A stretch of 63,970 nt of DNA, filler included. It is 9 parts of 9 records of this genome, joined end to end, with 100 filler letters (N's around TTAATTAATTAA, not from the genome) between each part and the next. Parts side by side here need not be neighbours in the genome. Positions count along the whole stretch, not along the records: positions 7,479 to 14,345 come from SRR31156797_77012; positions 14,446 to 24,021 come from SRR31156797_77059; 7 more parts are not named here. One strand, given 5' to 3'. The notes beneath the pieces were generated by a model. That model saw nothing but the letters and a program-made list of their open reading frames with translations, was not told where the DNA came from and did not search any database. The translations under genes and the position numbers were made by a program. Below, one piece after another: positions 9,161-21,976 of this stretch. Each line of letters begins with the position of its first letter. The stretch's first letter is position 1.

Positions 9161-11540
9161 CGCTGTGGTGCGCCATTGGATCGATCAATGGCAAGCGAAC
9201 GGTAAAACAGGCACCTGTTCCCGGTGAAGATTCTGCCGACATGGAACCGTTGTGGTTGTTGGTGATGATGAAATAGGAAACCGAAAGCCCCAGCCCGGTT
9301 CCCACGCCAACTTCTTTGGTTGTAAAAAAGGGTTCGAAGATCCGTTTCAGTTTCTGCTCGTCGATTCCCGGTCCGTTATCGGTAATTTGGATGACCGCCC
9401 ATTCGTTTTCCCGGTGAAGATTCAAGATGATGCAGGGTGTATCCTCCTGCTGCTCATTCACAGCCATGGCCTGAGCGGCATTTCTGAGCAAATTGAGAAT
9501 CACCTGCTCGATTTCCGTATCTACGCAGGGAACGGGAGCAAGTTCGGTATCATATTGCCTGACAAGCTGTACATGGCGAAAATCAAATTTTTTCTTTAAA
9601 TCATAATCATGGGCGGCCAGCTCAACGGCTTTGTCCAACAGCTCCGCCAGATTCACCGGATTTTTTCTGGACTCGCTGCGCCGGCTGAAGCTGAGCATGT
9701 TCTCAACGATGTGGGAGGCCCTTTCACCCGACAAACGGATATTTTGCAAAAAATGGTAGACATCCCTTTTTTCCAGGTAGCACCGGATGGTTTCCAGGCT
9801 CGTTCCGCACGTCTCGGCCTCCGTTTCATTGGCCGGTAAACCAGGCGATATCCGACGAATCACGTTTTGCAGGCTCTGCAACATTCCGCCCAATGGATTG
9901 TTGATTTCATGAGCCATACCTGCAGCCAGACCGCCAAGACTCATCATCTTTTCAGTCTGGACCATCATGTCTTCCATCTTAATCCGTTCGGTAATGTCCG
10001 TCCCGATGCAAAGATACTCTTTGATGGCCCCATCCCGGTCATGGACGGCCCGGCTGGTCCATGCGATATAAACCCTTTTTCCGTCCCGCAGCTGGTTGGC
10101 ATAGTTGAGCCTGTCATGATTACCGGAAGGACGGATCATGATCGAAAGGGCCTCCGATGTCGAATCAGGAATGATAGTATCCGTCACACGCTTGCCGAGG
10201 ATTTCCGATTCGGCATACCCGAAAAAGTGTTGGGCAAACTCATTGAAAAAAGTGATTTTCCCTCGGGGTGTCATCCGCAAAATGATACTGTTGGCATTTT
10301 CCACCAGTTCCCGGTATTTGGCCTCGCTCTTGCGGATGGCCTCTTCCGCCTTCTTGCGGTCGGCAATCTCCGATTTCAGACTTTCACTATAGGTTTCCAG
10401 CCTTTCCATGAAGATATTGAAGTAGGTTGACAGCGTCCCCACCTCATCTTTGCTTTGCCGCACCATGCGCACGGAAATGTCCCCTTTGGCCCCGGCAGCG
10501 AAACGCCTCGTCAGTTCGATCAGGGGATTGGTGATGGAAGAGCTGATGCGAAAGGTAATGGGCAAAAAAAAGGTAAACGAGATCGCCACGGTTGCCAAGA
10601 TCAGGTGACCGATGGTCTTCAGCGGTGCATAGAACTCGTCCAGGTAGCTGGATGAAGCTACAATCCATTCATATTCGGGGATATAGTTGAAAATAACCAG
10701 CTTTTCACGAACAGCCGACACGTTGTCCGGTTCCCATGAATAGATGATTTTTCCGCTTTTCCGTTCACAGATCTCCTGGATGAACTGCCGGCCTTTTCCA
10801 TCGGTGGCTTCAAAATAGTTGCCCGTAAGGGAGGGGTGTACAATCAGATTCCCTTCCGTGTCCACAACATAAGAATAGCCCGTCTTTCCGAACACCAGGG
10901 AAAGAATGCTGTCCCTGAAGTCGTCCACGTTCACCAGTTCGTCGAACTCGTTGCGGTAGGAGGATACCGAAATGATCCAGTCCCACGGCTCGAAATAGGT
11001 CATATAGAGGGCCTTCGGGCGGGTATGGGTTTCGCCCGGATTTTTCCAATCGTACTCTAGATATCCCTCCTTACGAACCATTTGATCCGCAATAAACGTA
11101 TATTCGGACAGGTCTGCATTCAAAAGCTCCTTTTGCGGGTGGATAAGGATGATGCCCTGGCTGTCCACGGCGTAGATATAACCGGTTTTTCCAATGGTCT
11201 GACTGAGCATCACCTCTCTCGAGCGCTCTTTGGCCGCCTCCACGCTCAGGGTTCCGCTCAATGCCTCTGTGTAAAAATGTTCGGTGATTTCCAGATTCTT
11301 TTCTGCCACTGCCCGCAGGTGGTTCTTGATGGAGACCCCGGCAGAAGTCCTCACCATGTTCAAAATGGTCTGCGTGGTGTTTTTCAGTTCGCTCTCGATG
11401 TTGGTTTCGATGGCGGCTTTGGCGAAATAAAAGATGACACCGCTGCCAACAGTCAGCGTAAGCGCCAGGATCAGAGAGTAGCTGATCAGCAGTTTGGATT
11501 GGATACGAAGATCCGAAAATCGACGACCGAGTTTAAGCAT
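9108..11540 (-). CDS. Sensor histidine kinase (Cache-Cache-HAMP-PAS-HisKA-HATPase)
   Basis: Two TMs flanking GKTGY..HP Cache repeats, HAMP (DEVGTL), PAS, AHEINNPL, NLLRNA, DNGPG, FFTTK, GTGLGL. Confidence 0.93.
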   Translation of the reverse strand: MLKLGRRFSDLRIQSKLLISYSLILALTLTVGSGVIFYFAKAAIETNIESELKNTTQTILNMVRTSAGVSIKNHLRAVAEKNLEITEHFYTEALSGTLSVEAAKERSREVMLSQTIGKTGYIYAVDSQGIILIHPQKELLNADLSEYTFIADQMVRKEGYLEYDWKNPGETHTRPKALYMTYFEPWDWIISVSSYRNEFDELVNVDDFRDSILSLVFGKTGYSYVVDTEGNLIVHPSLTGNYFEATDGKGRQFIQEICERKSGKIIYSWEPDNVSAVREKLVIFNYIPEYEWIVASSSYLDEFYAPLKTIGHLILATVAISFTFFLPITFRISSSITNPLIELTRRFAAGAKGDISVRMVRQSKDEVGTLSTYFNIFMERLETYSESLKSEIADRKKAEEAIRKSEAKYRELVENANSIILRMTPRGKITFFNEFAQHFFGYAESEILGKRVTDTIIPDSTSEALSIMIRPSGNHDRLNYANQLRDGKRVYIAWTSRAVHDRDGAIKEYLCIGTDITERIKMEDMMVQTEKMMSLGGLAAGMAHEINNPLGGMLQSLQNVIRRISPGLPANETEAETCGTSLETIRCYLEKRDVYHFLQNIRLSGERASHIVENMLSFSRRSESRKNPVNLAELLDKAVELAAHDYDLKKKFDFRHVQLVRQYDTELAPVPCVDTEIEQVILNLLRNAAQAMAVNEQQEDTPCIILNLHRENEWAVIQITDNGPGIDEQKLKRIFEPFFTTKEVGVGTGLGLSVSYFIITNNHNGSMSAESSPGTGACFTVRLPLIDPMAHHSDGENDRQFRAKERLRAG

Positions 11541-11564
11541 CCGATGGTCCTTCGGTCATTCCCA

Positions 11565-11783
11565 TCAAGCCGACTCGACCGATTTGACTTCCGGGATCTT
11601 TTCTTTCAGCACCCGCTCAATCCCATTTTTCAAGGTCATCTGAGACATGGGACACCCCGCACAAGCCCCCTGGAGCCGGACCTTTACAATACCGTTCTCT
11701 ACACTGACCAATTCCACATCCCCTCCGTCCGCCTGCAACATGGGACGGATTGTATCGATGGCAGCTTGTACTTTTTCTTTCAT
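11565..11783 (-). CDS. NifU/NfuA-like Fe-S cluster scaffold
   Basis: [15 protein letters not shown]...[26 protein letters not shown]. Confidence 0.93.
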   Translation of the reverse strand: MKEKVQAAIDTIRPMLQADGGDVELVSVENGIVKVRLQGACAGCPMSQMTLKNGIERVLKEKIPEVKSVESA

Positions 11784-11880
11784 GACCCGATCTCCTTTTC
11801 GCATAATTGGAATAAATTTTTATTACAACAGGCATACTATAAAGCTTCTTTCTTACCGGGTCAAACGTACGCAACAGGCT

Positions 11881-12213
11881 ATGGTTATCGAAAAGCTGAT
11901 TGATGAAAGGGCAGCATTGACATATGCATCCCAGGAAAACGTGGCTGACGGCCCGTTGACGGGTCTGGAAGATTTTGAAACGTCCAATCCCTTGCGGGAT
12001 GCGGATATCGGCATAGACGACGAGGGAAAAAGGGTTTGGAGGGTCGTCCGTTCCGAATTTGGAGACGAGGAAGAAGAACCCTTTATGGAAGACCCCACCT
12101 GTGTACAGGCCCAAGAGGTGGAAGAGGAGGAAGCAAACCTGGTTGAACCGAGCAATGAGTTGACGCAAAAAACGGATAGTGGTTCATCCTGCTTTCTTTC
12201 CAGTCTCTTGTGA
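11881..12213 (+). CDS. Hypothetical acidic protein ending in a GSSCFLSSLL tail
   Basis: Open frame fills the nifU-tgt gap; E/D-rich; C-terminus resembles CFI-box-CTERM-like tails. Confidence 0.4.
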   Translation: MVIEKLIDERAALTYASQENVADGPLTGLEDFETSNPLRDADIGIDDEGKRVWRVVRSEFGDEEEEPFMEDPTCVQAQEVEEEEANLVEPSNELTQKTDSGSSCFLSSLL

Positions 12214-12329
12214 GTCTCAGTTGCGCATCAAACACGTGTGATTCCAACCCCAGCCCTCTTCAGGGTGGGGGAAAATCGAACCAGGCCCGGTCCACCGCAA
12301 GGGGAAAGGCAATTGACGGGGTGGCAAGA

Positions 12330-14343
<2,014 letters not shown>

Positions 14344-14446
14344 ACNNNNNNNNNNNNNNNNNNNNNNNNNNNNNNNNNNNNNNNNNNNNTTAATTAATTA
14401 ANNNNNNNNNNNNNNNNNNNNNNNNNNNNNNNNNNNNNNNNNNNNG

Positions 14447-15214
14447 GGGGGGCTTGAAAGGGTTTTTGAAATCAACCGAAATTTCAGGAATGAAGGCCTT
14501 TCCATTAAGCATAACCCCGAGTTTACCATGATGGAATTTTATATGGCCTATGCCACCTATGAGGATTTGATGGTATTGACGGAAGAAGTTTTCGGTCACA
14601 TCCTTGAACAGGTGGTTGGCGGGCAGGTGATCCAATACCAGGGGAAAACCATAGATTTTACACCTCCTTGGAAAAGGATATCTCTTTTTGATTCCCTGAG
14701 AGAGACGGGAGAGGTGGATGAGGAAATTTTTAATGACAGGGAACCGGCCAAAGCCCTGGCCCGTGGGTTTGGGATTCCCATTCAGGAGCGGGATGGGCAC
14801 GGAGAGATTTTGACCAAGCTCTTTGATCACCTGGTGGAGCCCCACCTGCTTCACCCCACCTTTGTGACCGGTTATCCCACGGAGGTTTCACCCCTTTCAA
14901 GGCGCAATGATCTGAACCCCGAACTGACCGATCGGTTCGAGCTGTTCATCGGAGGGCGGGAGATTGCCAATGCGTTTACGGAATTAAATGATCCCGTGGA
15001 TCAGAAAGGGAGATTTGAAAGCCAAGTGGCGCTCAGGGACGCAGGCGATAAGGAGGCGTTGTTTATGGACGAGGACTACGTCACCGCCCTGGAGTACGGC
15101 ATGCCGCCGACAGCGGGGGAAGGCATCGGTATTGATCGGGTGGTGATGCTGCTCACCGATTCGCCCTCCATTCGGGACGTGATCCTGTTTCCCCAGATGC
15201 GGCCGAAGGAATAG
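14447..15214 (+). CDS. lysS: Lysine-tRNA ligase (class II), 5' truncated
   Basis: [45 protein letters not shown]. Confidence 0.97.
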   Translation, partial: GGLERVFEINRNFRNEGLSIKHNPEFTMMEFYMAYATYEDLMVLTEEVFGHILEQVVGGQVIQYQGKTIDFTPPWKRISLFDSLRETGEVDEEIFNDREPAKALARGFGIPIQERDGHGEILTKLFDHLVEPHLLHPTFVTGYPTEVSPLSRRNDLNPELTDRFELFIGGREIANAFTELNDPVDQKGRFESQVALRDAGDKEALFMDEDYVTALEYGMPPTAGEGIGIDRVVMLLTDSPSIRDVILFPQMRPKE

Positions 15215-15226
15215 GCCGTTTCGCCC

Positions 15227-16450
15227 ATGTATGAACTATTCTTAGGGCTTCGATACCTGAAAGCCAAGCGGAAACAGCGCTTTATTTCCGTCATCACCAT
15301 CATTTCAGTGCTGGGCGTCATGGTCGGGGTCATGGCCCTGGTGGTGGTTCTTTCCGTTATGAACGGTTTTAGATCAGACCTCATGAACAAAATATTGGGC
15401 GTGAATTCCCATGTTCTGGTGTTGAACCTCAGCGGAACCTTTGCCGGATACCGGCAGGTGGCCGAAAAGGTGGAAAAAATGGAAGGGGTGGTGGCCATAA
15501 CCCCTTTTATTTACACCCAGGTGATGCTCAACCACGCTGGAAGGGTTTCCGGCGCCGTGTTGCGGGGGGTGGATCCCGGAAGCGCCGCCCGGGTGGTCAG
15601 TTTTGATAAAATGATTAAAGAAGGATCCCTGTCGTCTCTCGGTGAAAGTGAAAAAGGGATTCCCGCCATCATCATCGGAAGCGAATTGGCCAAGCAGATC
15701 GGCGCAGGCTCAGGAAGTCTGGTGACGGTGATTTCACCCGAAGGGAAATTAACCCCCTTGGGCAGAACGCCTAACACCCAAAAATTCAAAGTGACCGCTA
15801 TTTTTGATTCCGGTATGTATGAATACGATGCTTCAATGGTTTATATTTCGCTCGCCCAGGCCCAACGTTTTCTGGCCCTGGGCGACAAGGTGACGGGCCT
15901 TGAATTAAAAGTCAAAGAAGTTTACCAGTCGGATATTATCGCAAAAAAAATCCAGAAAAAACTGGGGTATCCTTATTGGACCAAAGACTGGAAGCTCATG
16001 AATCGGAGCCTCTTTTCAGCCCTTAAGCTTGAAAAAATCACCATGTTCGTTATTCTGACCATGATTGTGCTGGTGGGGGCCTTAAATATTATCAGCACAT
16101 TGGTGATGGTGGTCATGGAAAAGACGCGGGATGTGGCCATTCTGAGGGCCATGGGCGCCACCGCCGGGAGCATTATGAGCATTTTCATGTTCCAGGGTAT
16201 TCTGGTGGGCGTCATTGGAACCGTTGCCGGTCTTGTTTCAGGACTCGGCATTTGCCACTTGTTGTCCCGGTATCAGTTTATCAATCTTCCCGCTGATGTT
16301 TACTACCTTAGCAAATTACCGGTTCAAGTGTCCGTTTCGGACGTCTCCATTGTGGCAGGAGCGGCGGTGGTCATTTCCTTTTTGGCGACCCTTTACCCGG
16401 CATGGTATGCATCAAGATTGAATCCCGTGGAGTCCTTCCGGTATGAATGA
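15227..16450 (+). CDS. lolE: Lipoprotein-releasing ABC transporter permease LolC/E
   Basis: LRYLKAKRKQRFISVI, SVMNGF, ALKLEK, ATLYPAW. Confidence 0.93.
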   Translation: MYELFLGLRYLKAKRKQRFISVITIISVLGVMVGVMALVVVLSVMNGFRSDLMNKILGVNSHVLVLNLSGTFAGYRQVAEKVEKMEGVVAITPFIYTQVMLNHAGRVSGAVLRGVDPGSAARVVSFDKMIKEGSLSSLGESEKGIPAIIIGSELAKQIGAGSGSLVTVISPEGKLTPLGRTPNTQKFKVTAIFDSGMYEYDASMVYISLAQAQRFLALGDKVTGLELKVKEVYQSDIIAKKIQKKLGYPYWTKDWKLMNRSLFSALKLEKITMFVILTMIVLVGALNIISTLVMVVMEKTRDVAILRAMGATAGSIMSIFMFQGILVGVIGTVAGLVSGLGICHLLSRYQFINLPADVYYLSKLPVQVSVSDVSIVAGAAVVISFLATLYPAWYASRLNPVESFRYE

Positions 16451-17162
16451 TCTCCTAAACGAGTCCGTCTTACAGACCGAAGAGAACTCCCCCCCGCCCA
16501 TGTTGACCTTTGACGGGGTGAACAAGTCTTTCGAGCATCTCGGATCGACCATCGAGGTCCTCAGGGGGATTGACCTGGAACTATACCCCGCGGACAGCCT
16601 CTCCATCACCGGGGCGTCGGGGGTGGGTAAATCCACTTTGCTCAACATCATGGGGAGTTTGGATCCGCCTTCGGGGGGAAGTGTCAAGTTTGACGGTGTC
16701 AACATTTATGAAATGGACCAGGCGGATTTGTCCCGTTTGCGAAACCGGGAAATCGGTTTTGTGTTTCAGTTTCATCATTTGCTGCCGGAGTTGAATGCGT
16801 TGGAAAACGCCATGATGCCGGCATTGATTGCCAGATATCCAAAAAAGCAGGCGATGCACATGGCCGAAGATGTCCTTTGTAATGTGGGGCTCGAAATGCG
16901 CATGACCCATCGGGCCGGGGAACTTTCCGGAGGAGAGCAACAGCGCGTGGCCATTGCCCGGGCCCTGATCATGAATCCCCGATTGATTTTGGGGGACGAG
17001 CCCACGGGGAATCTGGACTGGGCCACCGGTGAGGAGATTGCCGAGCTGCTTTTTCGTTTAAACAGGGAGGCGGGGGTTGCCATGGTGATTGCCACCCATA
17101 ATCAGAAATTGGCGGAAAAGATGTCGAAAAAAATGGAGTTAATTGATGGCCGAATTCGCTAG
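16443..17162 (+). CDS. lolD: Lipoprotein-releasing ABC transporter ATPase
   Basis: [35 protein letters not shown]. Confidence 0.93.
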   Translation: MNDLLNESVLQTEENSPPPMLTFDGVNKSFEHLGSTIEVLRGIDLELYPADSLSITGASGVGKSTLLNIMGSLDPPSGGSVKFDGVNIYEMDQADLSRLRNREIGFVFQFHHLLPELNALENAMMPALIARYPKKQAMHMAEDVLCNVGLEMRMTHRAGELSGGEQQRVAIARALIMNPRLILGDEPTGNLDWATGEEIAELLFRLNREAGVAMVIATHNQKLAEKMSKKMELIDGRIR

Positions 17163-19869
17163 GTGCGTGAAGGAGTTTATGGTGTCCTCTGTTGATGTAT
17201 ATGGGAGAAGGGCTTTGATTGCTTCTATTCAGGCTTTTTTGCTGATTCTCATGATTTTCTGTGTTGGGGTTGCGGAAACTCCGGCCGCTGAAAAGAAGGG
17301 AACCATCTGTATTCTGCCGTTTCAGATTAATGCTTCCAAATCCTTTGCCCATTTTCAGGAAGGATTACAGAAGATGCTCACCTTTCGAATGGGTCAAAAC
17401 GGTTTTAAAACCATTCGCCCCGAGACCATCAATCAGGACCCCATCGTCTTTTCAAAAGTTCTCCAGAATAAAGTAATGGTTCGCCTGGGAAATCGGTTCA
17501 AAGCCGACTGGATGGTGAAAGGGAGTCTGACCCAGATCGGCGACAAGGGGAGTATTGACCTGAAGGTGGTTGATGTTTCGGGTAAAAAGATGCCTTTTTT
17601 TATTTTTCAGGTCATCGAAGATATGGACGAGGTTCCCGAGTCGGTAAAAAGGTTGGCTTTGAGCGTTGAAGACCGGATTACCGGTGTCCCCCAGGTGGAT
17701 TCCGTTCATGTGGCAGGCAATCGGCGAATTGAAAAGGCCGCCATCCTGGCCATTGTGGGCACGCAGCCCGGGGATCGGTTGGACCTTGACAAACTGGACA
17801 AGGACCTTCGTGATATCTACAAAATGGGTTATTTCAAGGATGTCACCATGGATGTGTCCGATGGTCCGGCGGGGAAGGTGATTACCTTCAATGTGGTTGA
17901 AAAGCCTTCCGTGGGCAAGATCGTGTTTGCGGGGAATTACGAGATTGATGATGAAGATCTTCAGAAAGAGCTTGGGATTAACCTTTATTCCATTCTGGAT
18001 TTTAATGCCATCAATCAAAGTGTTAATCGTTTACGGGATCTTTACAAAGAAAAAGGTTACTACAATGCTGAAATAGAGGAGACCACCGAAACCCTTCCCA
18101 ACAACGAGGTCCTGCTGAAATACGACATAAAGGAACATGATAAGGTCTACATCCTGAAGATCGAGTTCAAAGGGAACAAAGCCTATGATAGCGATGAACT
18201 CAGGGACATCATGGAAACCGGTACGAAATGGTTTCTTTCCTGGATTACCAAGGCGGGTATCCTGGACAAGAAAAAACTGGAATTTGATGCCCATAAAATT
18301 ACCAGTTTTTACCATAATCATGGTTATATCAAGGCCAAAGTGGGGGAACCGAAAGTCCATTATGATGACCAAATCAAGGGGCTGGTGATTTCCATTGAGA
18401 TCGATGAAGGTGATCTCTATGAGGTTGATAAGGTGAAGGTGGCGGGGGACCTTATTGAACCCGCTGATGAACTCTTGAAAACGGTCAATATCGGCAAGGA
18501 AAAGGTTTTCAACCGGGAGACCGTTCGAAAGGATATGATCTCCCTGCAGGATATTTATGCGGATCACGGTTTTGCCTACTCGGAGATCAAGCCGATCATC
18601 AAGGAGGACGATGAAAACCACACGGCCGATGTCACCTACCATATTTCAAAAGGCCCCAAAGTCCGTTTTGAGCGCATTACCATTACCGGGAACCAGCACA
18701 CGAGAGATAAGGTCATCAGGCGTGAACTGAAGGTCATGGAGGGCGACTACTTCAGTGGGCAAGGCCTGAAACGGAGCAGTGCGAATTTGAGGAGACTCGG
18801 GTTTTTTGAAGATGTACAGCTCCATACCAAGAAGGGGAGCCGCGACGATTTGATGGATTTGAACGTCGATGTTAAAGAGAAGGGGACCCGTACATTCAGC
18901 GTCGGCGCCGGGTACAGTTCGGCCTACTCGGCATTTGTGACCTTTCAGATCTCCGACGAAAATTTCATGGGGTATGGACAGAAATTGACGGCTTCGGCCA
19001 GAATCGGTGGAAAGAATACGGAATTTGACATCCGGTTCCTGGAACCCTGGCTTTTTGATACGCGTCTCTCCCTGGGGGCCGACCTGTACAAGTTTCGGCA
19101 GGAATATACGGACTACACACGGGCCAGCTACGGCACCCGGATTTCCCTCGGTGCACCGCTTTATTTGGATTACACCCGGGGTACCCTCATGTACGCCTAT
19201 GATAACGCCAATATCAGTGATGTTGCCGATACCGCCTCCCAGGTCCTTAAAGACATGACCGGCAACAATGTGACCAGCAGCCTCTCTTTGTTGCTTAAAA
19301 GAGACAGCAGGGACCTGACATTCAATACCACCCGGGGCTCCATCAATGAGGCTTCCGTCCAGTATGCCGGTGGATTTTTGAGTGGAGATGAGCAGTTTAC
19401 AAAGTATCGTGTTAGAACGGCGTGGTTTTTCCCCCTGTTCTGGAATACGGTCTTCATGGTGCAGGGTCGAGCGGGATATATTCAGGACCGGGGCAAACTG
19501 TCAGTTTATCAGAAGTTTTTCCTGGGTGGTATAAATACGGTTCGTGGTTACGATTACAACACCATTTCGCCCATTGACCCTGAAACGGGGGATTATATCG
19601 GTGGCGAAAAAATGATGTGCTATAATGCGGAATATCACTTTCCATTACTCAAGGAGCAGGGCGTGGTGGGCATCGTGTTTTTTGATGCCGGTAATGTGTG
19701 GACTTCAGCTGAAAACTACAACTTCAGCGGTCTTAAGAAATCGGTGGGTGGCGGTGTGCGGTGGTATTCACCGCTGGGCCCGCTTCGCCTGGAGTATGGC
19801 TGGAAGCTGGATAAAATGGAGGATGAGGGGGCAGGAAAGTGGGAATTTAGTATCGGCGGCATAATGTAA
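17143..19869 (+). CDS. bamA: Outer membrane protein assembly factor BamA (start codon uncertain)
   Basis: POTRA repeats (GN..TRDKVIRREL), VRGY motif, SPLGPLRLEYG, C-terminal barrel signal. Confidence 0.95.
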   Translation: MMAEFARCVKEFMVSSVDVYGRRALIASIQAFLLILMIFCVGVAETPAAEKKGTICILPFQINASKSFAHFQEGLQKMLTFRMGQNGFKTIRPETINQDPIVFSKVLQNKVMVRLGNRFKADWMVKGSLTQIGDKGSIDLKVVDVSGKKMPFFIFQVIEDMDEVPESVKRLALSVEDRITGVPQVDSVHVAGNRRIEKAAILAIVGTQPGDRLDLDKLDKDLRDIYKMGYFKDVTMDVSDGPAGKVITFNVVEKPSVGKIVFAGNYEIDDEDLQKELGINLYSILDFNAINQSVNRLRDLYKEKGYYNAEIEETTETLPNNEVLLKYDIKEHDKVYILKIEFKGNKAYDSDELRDIMETGTKWFLSWITKAGILDKKKLEFDAHKITSFYHNHGYIKAKVGEPKVHYDDQIKGLVISIEIDEGDLYEVDKVKVAGDLIEPADELLKTVNIGKEKVFNRETVRKDMISLQDIYADHGFAYSEIKPIIKEDDENHTADVTYHISKGPKVRFERITITGNQHTRDKVIRRELKVMEGDYFSGQGLKRSSANLRRLGFFEDVQLHTKKGSRDDLMDLNVDVKEKGTRTFSVGAGYSSAYSAFVTFQISDENFMGYGQKLTASARIGGKNTEFDIRFLEPWLFDTRLSLGADLYKFRQEYTDYTRASYGTRISLGAPLYLDYTRGTLMYAYDNANISDVADTASQVLKDMTGNNVTSSLSLLLKRDSRDLTFNTTRGSINEASVQYAGGFLSGDEQFTKYRVRTAWFFPLFWNTVFMVQGRAGYIQDRGKLSVYQKFFLGGINTVRGYDYNTISPIDPETGDYIGGEKMMCYNAEYHFPLLKEQGVVGIVFFDAGNVWTSAENYNFSGLKKSVGGGVRWYSPLGPLRLEYGWKLDKMEDEGAGKWEFSIGGIM

Positions 19870-19904
19870 TGTAGCGTTAAAAAAAGGATTGAGGGGGTAT
19901 TACA

Positions 19905-20429
19905 ATGAAAAAGTTTTTTTGGATTTTGTTGGGTGCGGCGTTCTTGTTTTCCATGCAATACACGGTTGCTTTTGCCGGTGATATCAAGATCGGCGTTCTG
20001 GATATGAAGCGGCTTCAACAGCGATCGGCCAATTTCCAGCGGGTCAAGGAAGGTTTGAAGAAAAAATATAACGCGTTTCAGAAAAAACTGGATGCTGAAA
20101 GAGAACAGATACAAAAGCTTGAAAGAGATTTGCAGAAGCAGAGCATGATGCTGAGCCTGGATGCCAAGGAAGACAAGGAAATGGAGCTGGGGAAGTTGAC
20201 CCGGCATTACAAATACATGGTTGGCGAAGTGACCCAGGAAATGAAAGACGCGGAGTTTGAGGCCACACGCAGGGTCGGCAAGGAGATCGAAAAGGTGGTT
20301 GATAAGATCGGCAAGAAACAGGGTTATACCGTCATTATGGAGCAGGGTACCGTGGGGCTTGTCTATTACGATAATGCCATTGATATTACCGCCCAGGTGA
20401 TCAAGGCTTACGACCGGATGAAACCATAG
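19905..20429 (+). CDS. skp: OmpH/Skp periplasmic chaperone
   Basis: Signal peptide, KIGVLD, coiled coil, DITAQVIK; lies between bamA and lpxD. Confidence 0.92.
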   Translation: MKKFFWILLGAAFLFSMQYTVAFAGDIKIGVLDMKRLQQRSANFQRVKEGLKKKYNAFQKKLDAEREQIQKLERDLQKQSMMLSLDAKEDKEMELGKLTRHYKYMVGEVTQEMKDAEFEATRRVGKEIEKVVDKIGKKQGYTVIMEQGTVGLVYYDNAIDITAQVIKAYDRMKP

Positions 20430-20433
20430 GAGA

Positions 20434-21522
20434 TTGCGTGTTTTGGAAACACCTCTTAAAAGAGTGGCGCAGATTGTAGCCGGAAAGTGTGTCGGCGATG
20501 AAGATTTTATGGTTACCGGCATCAATTCCCTTGATCGGGCCGGCCCTTCGGAGGTTTCTTTTTTTTCGGATCGCCGTTACAGTGAAAGCCTGATGAACAC
20601 GAAGGCCGGTGCACTGCTGGTTTCCGAGAAAAATAAGCTGTTCAAGGGACCGCAGGTGGTGATCCCCCATGTGGAACTGGCCTATGCGAAAATTGCCGCG
20701 ATTTTTGCCAAATCGTCGACGCGATATCCGGGGATCAGCCCGGAAGCTTTTATCTGCAAAAACTGTCGTATGGGAGAGGGGGTATCGATTTCCCCAATGG
20801 TCCATGTGGGAGAAGGGGCCGAAATTGATGATGGGGCCACACTCTTTCCGGGGGTCGTCATTGATGAAGGGGTAAAAATCGGCAAGAGGACCATCCTGTA
20901 TCCCAATGTGACGGTTCTCAGGGATTGTGTCATAGGAAGTGATGTCATTGTTCACGCCGGTACGACCATCGGAAGTGACGGGTTCGGTTTTGTAAGGGAT
21001 GGCTCCACGTCCGTCAAGATTCCACAGACCGGGATCGTTCAGATTGACGATCACGTTGAGATCGGTGCCAATAACTGTATCGATCGTGCCGCATTCGGTA
21101 AGACCTGGATAAAAGAGGGTGTCAAAACGGACAACCTGGTTCAGATTGCCCATAACGTGGTGATTGGGGAGCATTCCATTATTGTTGCCCTTGCGGGGAT
21201 TTCGGGGAGTTCCCGGCTGGGGAGGGGCGTTTTTATCGGGGGGCAGGTGGGCGTGAATGACCACACGGATATCGGGGCCGGCGCCATGGTGGGCCCCCAG
21301 TCGGGTGTGGCCAAGACGATTCCGGCCGGAGGGATCTACTCCGGCACTCCGGCCATACCGCACCGTGAAAGACTCCGGAATACGGCCTTGATCGCCAGAC
21401 TGCCCCGGATTAGCGACCGTCTCAGGGATCTTGAGAGAAAAGTTCAAGAACTGGAAGGCCGTCTTGAAAATGAGGGTGAGGCGGTTATGGTAAAAGAGAC
21501 GGATGAATCAGGAAAGGAGTGA
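20434..21522 (+). CDS. lpxD: UDP-3-O-acyl-glucosamine N-acyltransferase
   Basis: Hexapeptide repeats, GSDGFGF, VEIGAN.CIDR, DNLVQIAHNV. Confidence 0.96.
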   Translation: MRVLETPLKRVAQIVAGKCVGDEDFMVTGINSLDRAGPSEVSFFSDRRYSESLMNTKAGALLVSEKNKLFKGPQVVIPHVELAYAKIAAIFAKSSTRYPGISPEAFICKNCRMGEGVSISPMVHVGEGAEIDDGATLFPGVVIDEGVKIGKRTILYPNVTVLRDCVIGSDVIVHAGTTIGSDGFGFVRDGSTSVKIPQTGIVQIDDHVEIGANNCIDRAAFGKTWIKEGVKTDNLVQIAHNVVIGEHSIIVALAGISGSSRLGRGVFIGGQVGVNDHTDIGAGAMVGPQSGVAKTIPAGGIYSGTPAIPHRERLRNTALIARLPRISDRLRDLERKVQELEGRLENEGEAVMVKETDESGKE

Positions 21523-21529
21523 CCATCCA

Positions 21530-21976
21530 ATGAAACTGCCTTTGACATATCAGGAGATTACGGAAATTATTCCCCACCGGTATCCGTTTTTGCTGGTGGA
21601 CAGGATTATCGAGTTGGAGCCCTACAAAAAGGTCGTGGGTATCAAAAATGTAACGGCCAATGAGCCTTTCTTTCAAGGACATTTTCCGGATGAACCCATT
21701 ATGCCGGGCGTTCTCGTCATTGAGGCCATGGCGCAGGTGGGTGGGATCCTGGCGCGTTTGTCAATTCCCGGCGTCATGGAAAAGGAAAATCCCGATCCCA
21801 TCCGTTTTGTGGCCATCGATAAGGTGAAGTTTAGAAAACCGGTGATTCCCGGTGACCAGATCCGGTTTGAGATTGAACCGATGAGAACCGGCTCAAAGGT
21901 ATGGAAGGTGGCGGGAAAAGCTCTTGTGGACGGCAATTTGGTTGCCGAGGCGATTTTGGTGGCGACCATTGGATAA
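21530..21976 (+). CDS. fabZ: 3-hydroxyacyl-ACP dehydratase
   Basis: PHRYPFLLVD, NEPFFQGHFP..PIMPGVL..EAMAQ. Confidence 0.97.
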   Translation: MKLPLTYQEITEIIPHRYPFLLVDRIIELEPYKKVVGIKNVTANEPFFQGHFPDEPIMPGVLVIEAMAQVGGILARLSIPGVMEKENPDPIRFVAIDKVKFRKPVIPGDQIRFEIEPMRTGSKVWKVAGKALVDGNLVAEAILVATIG

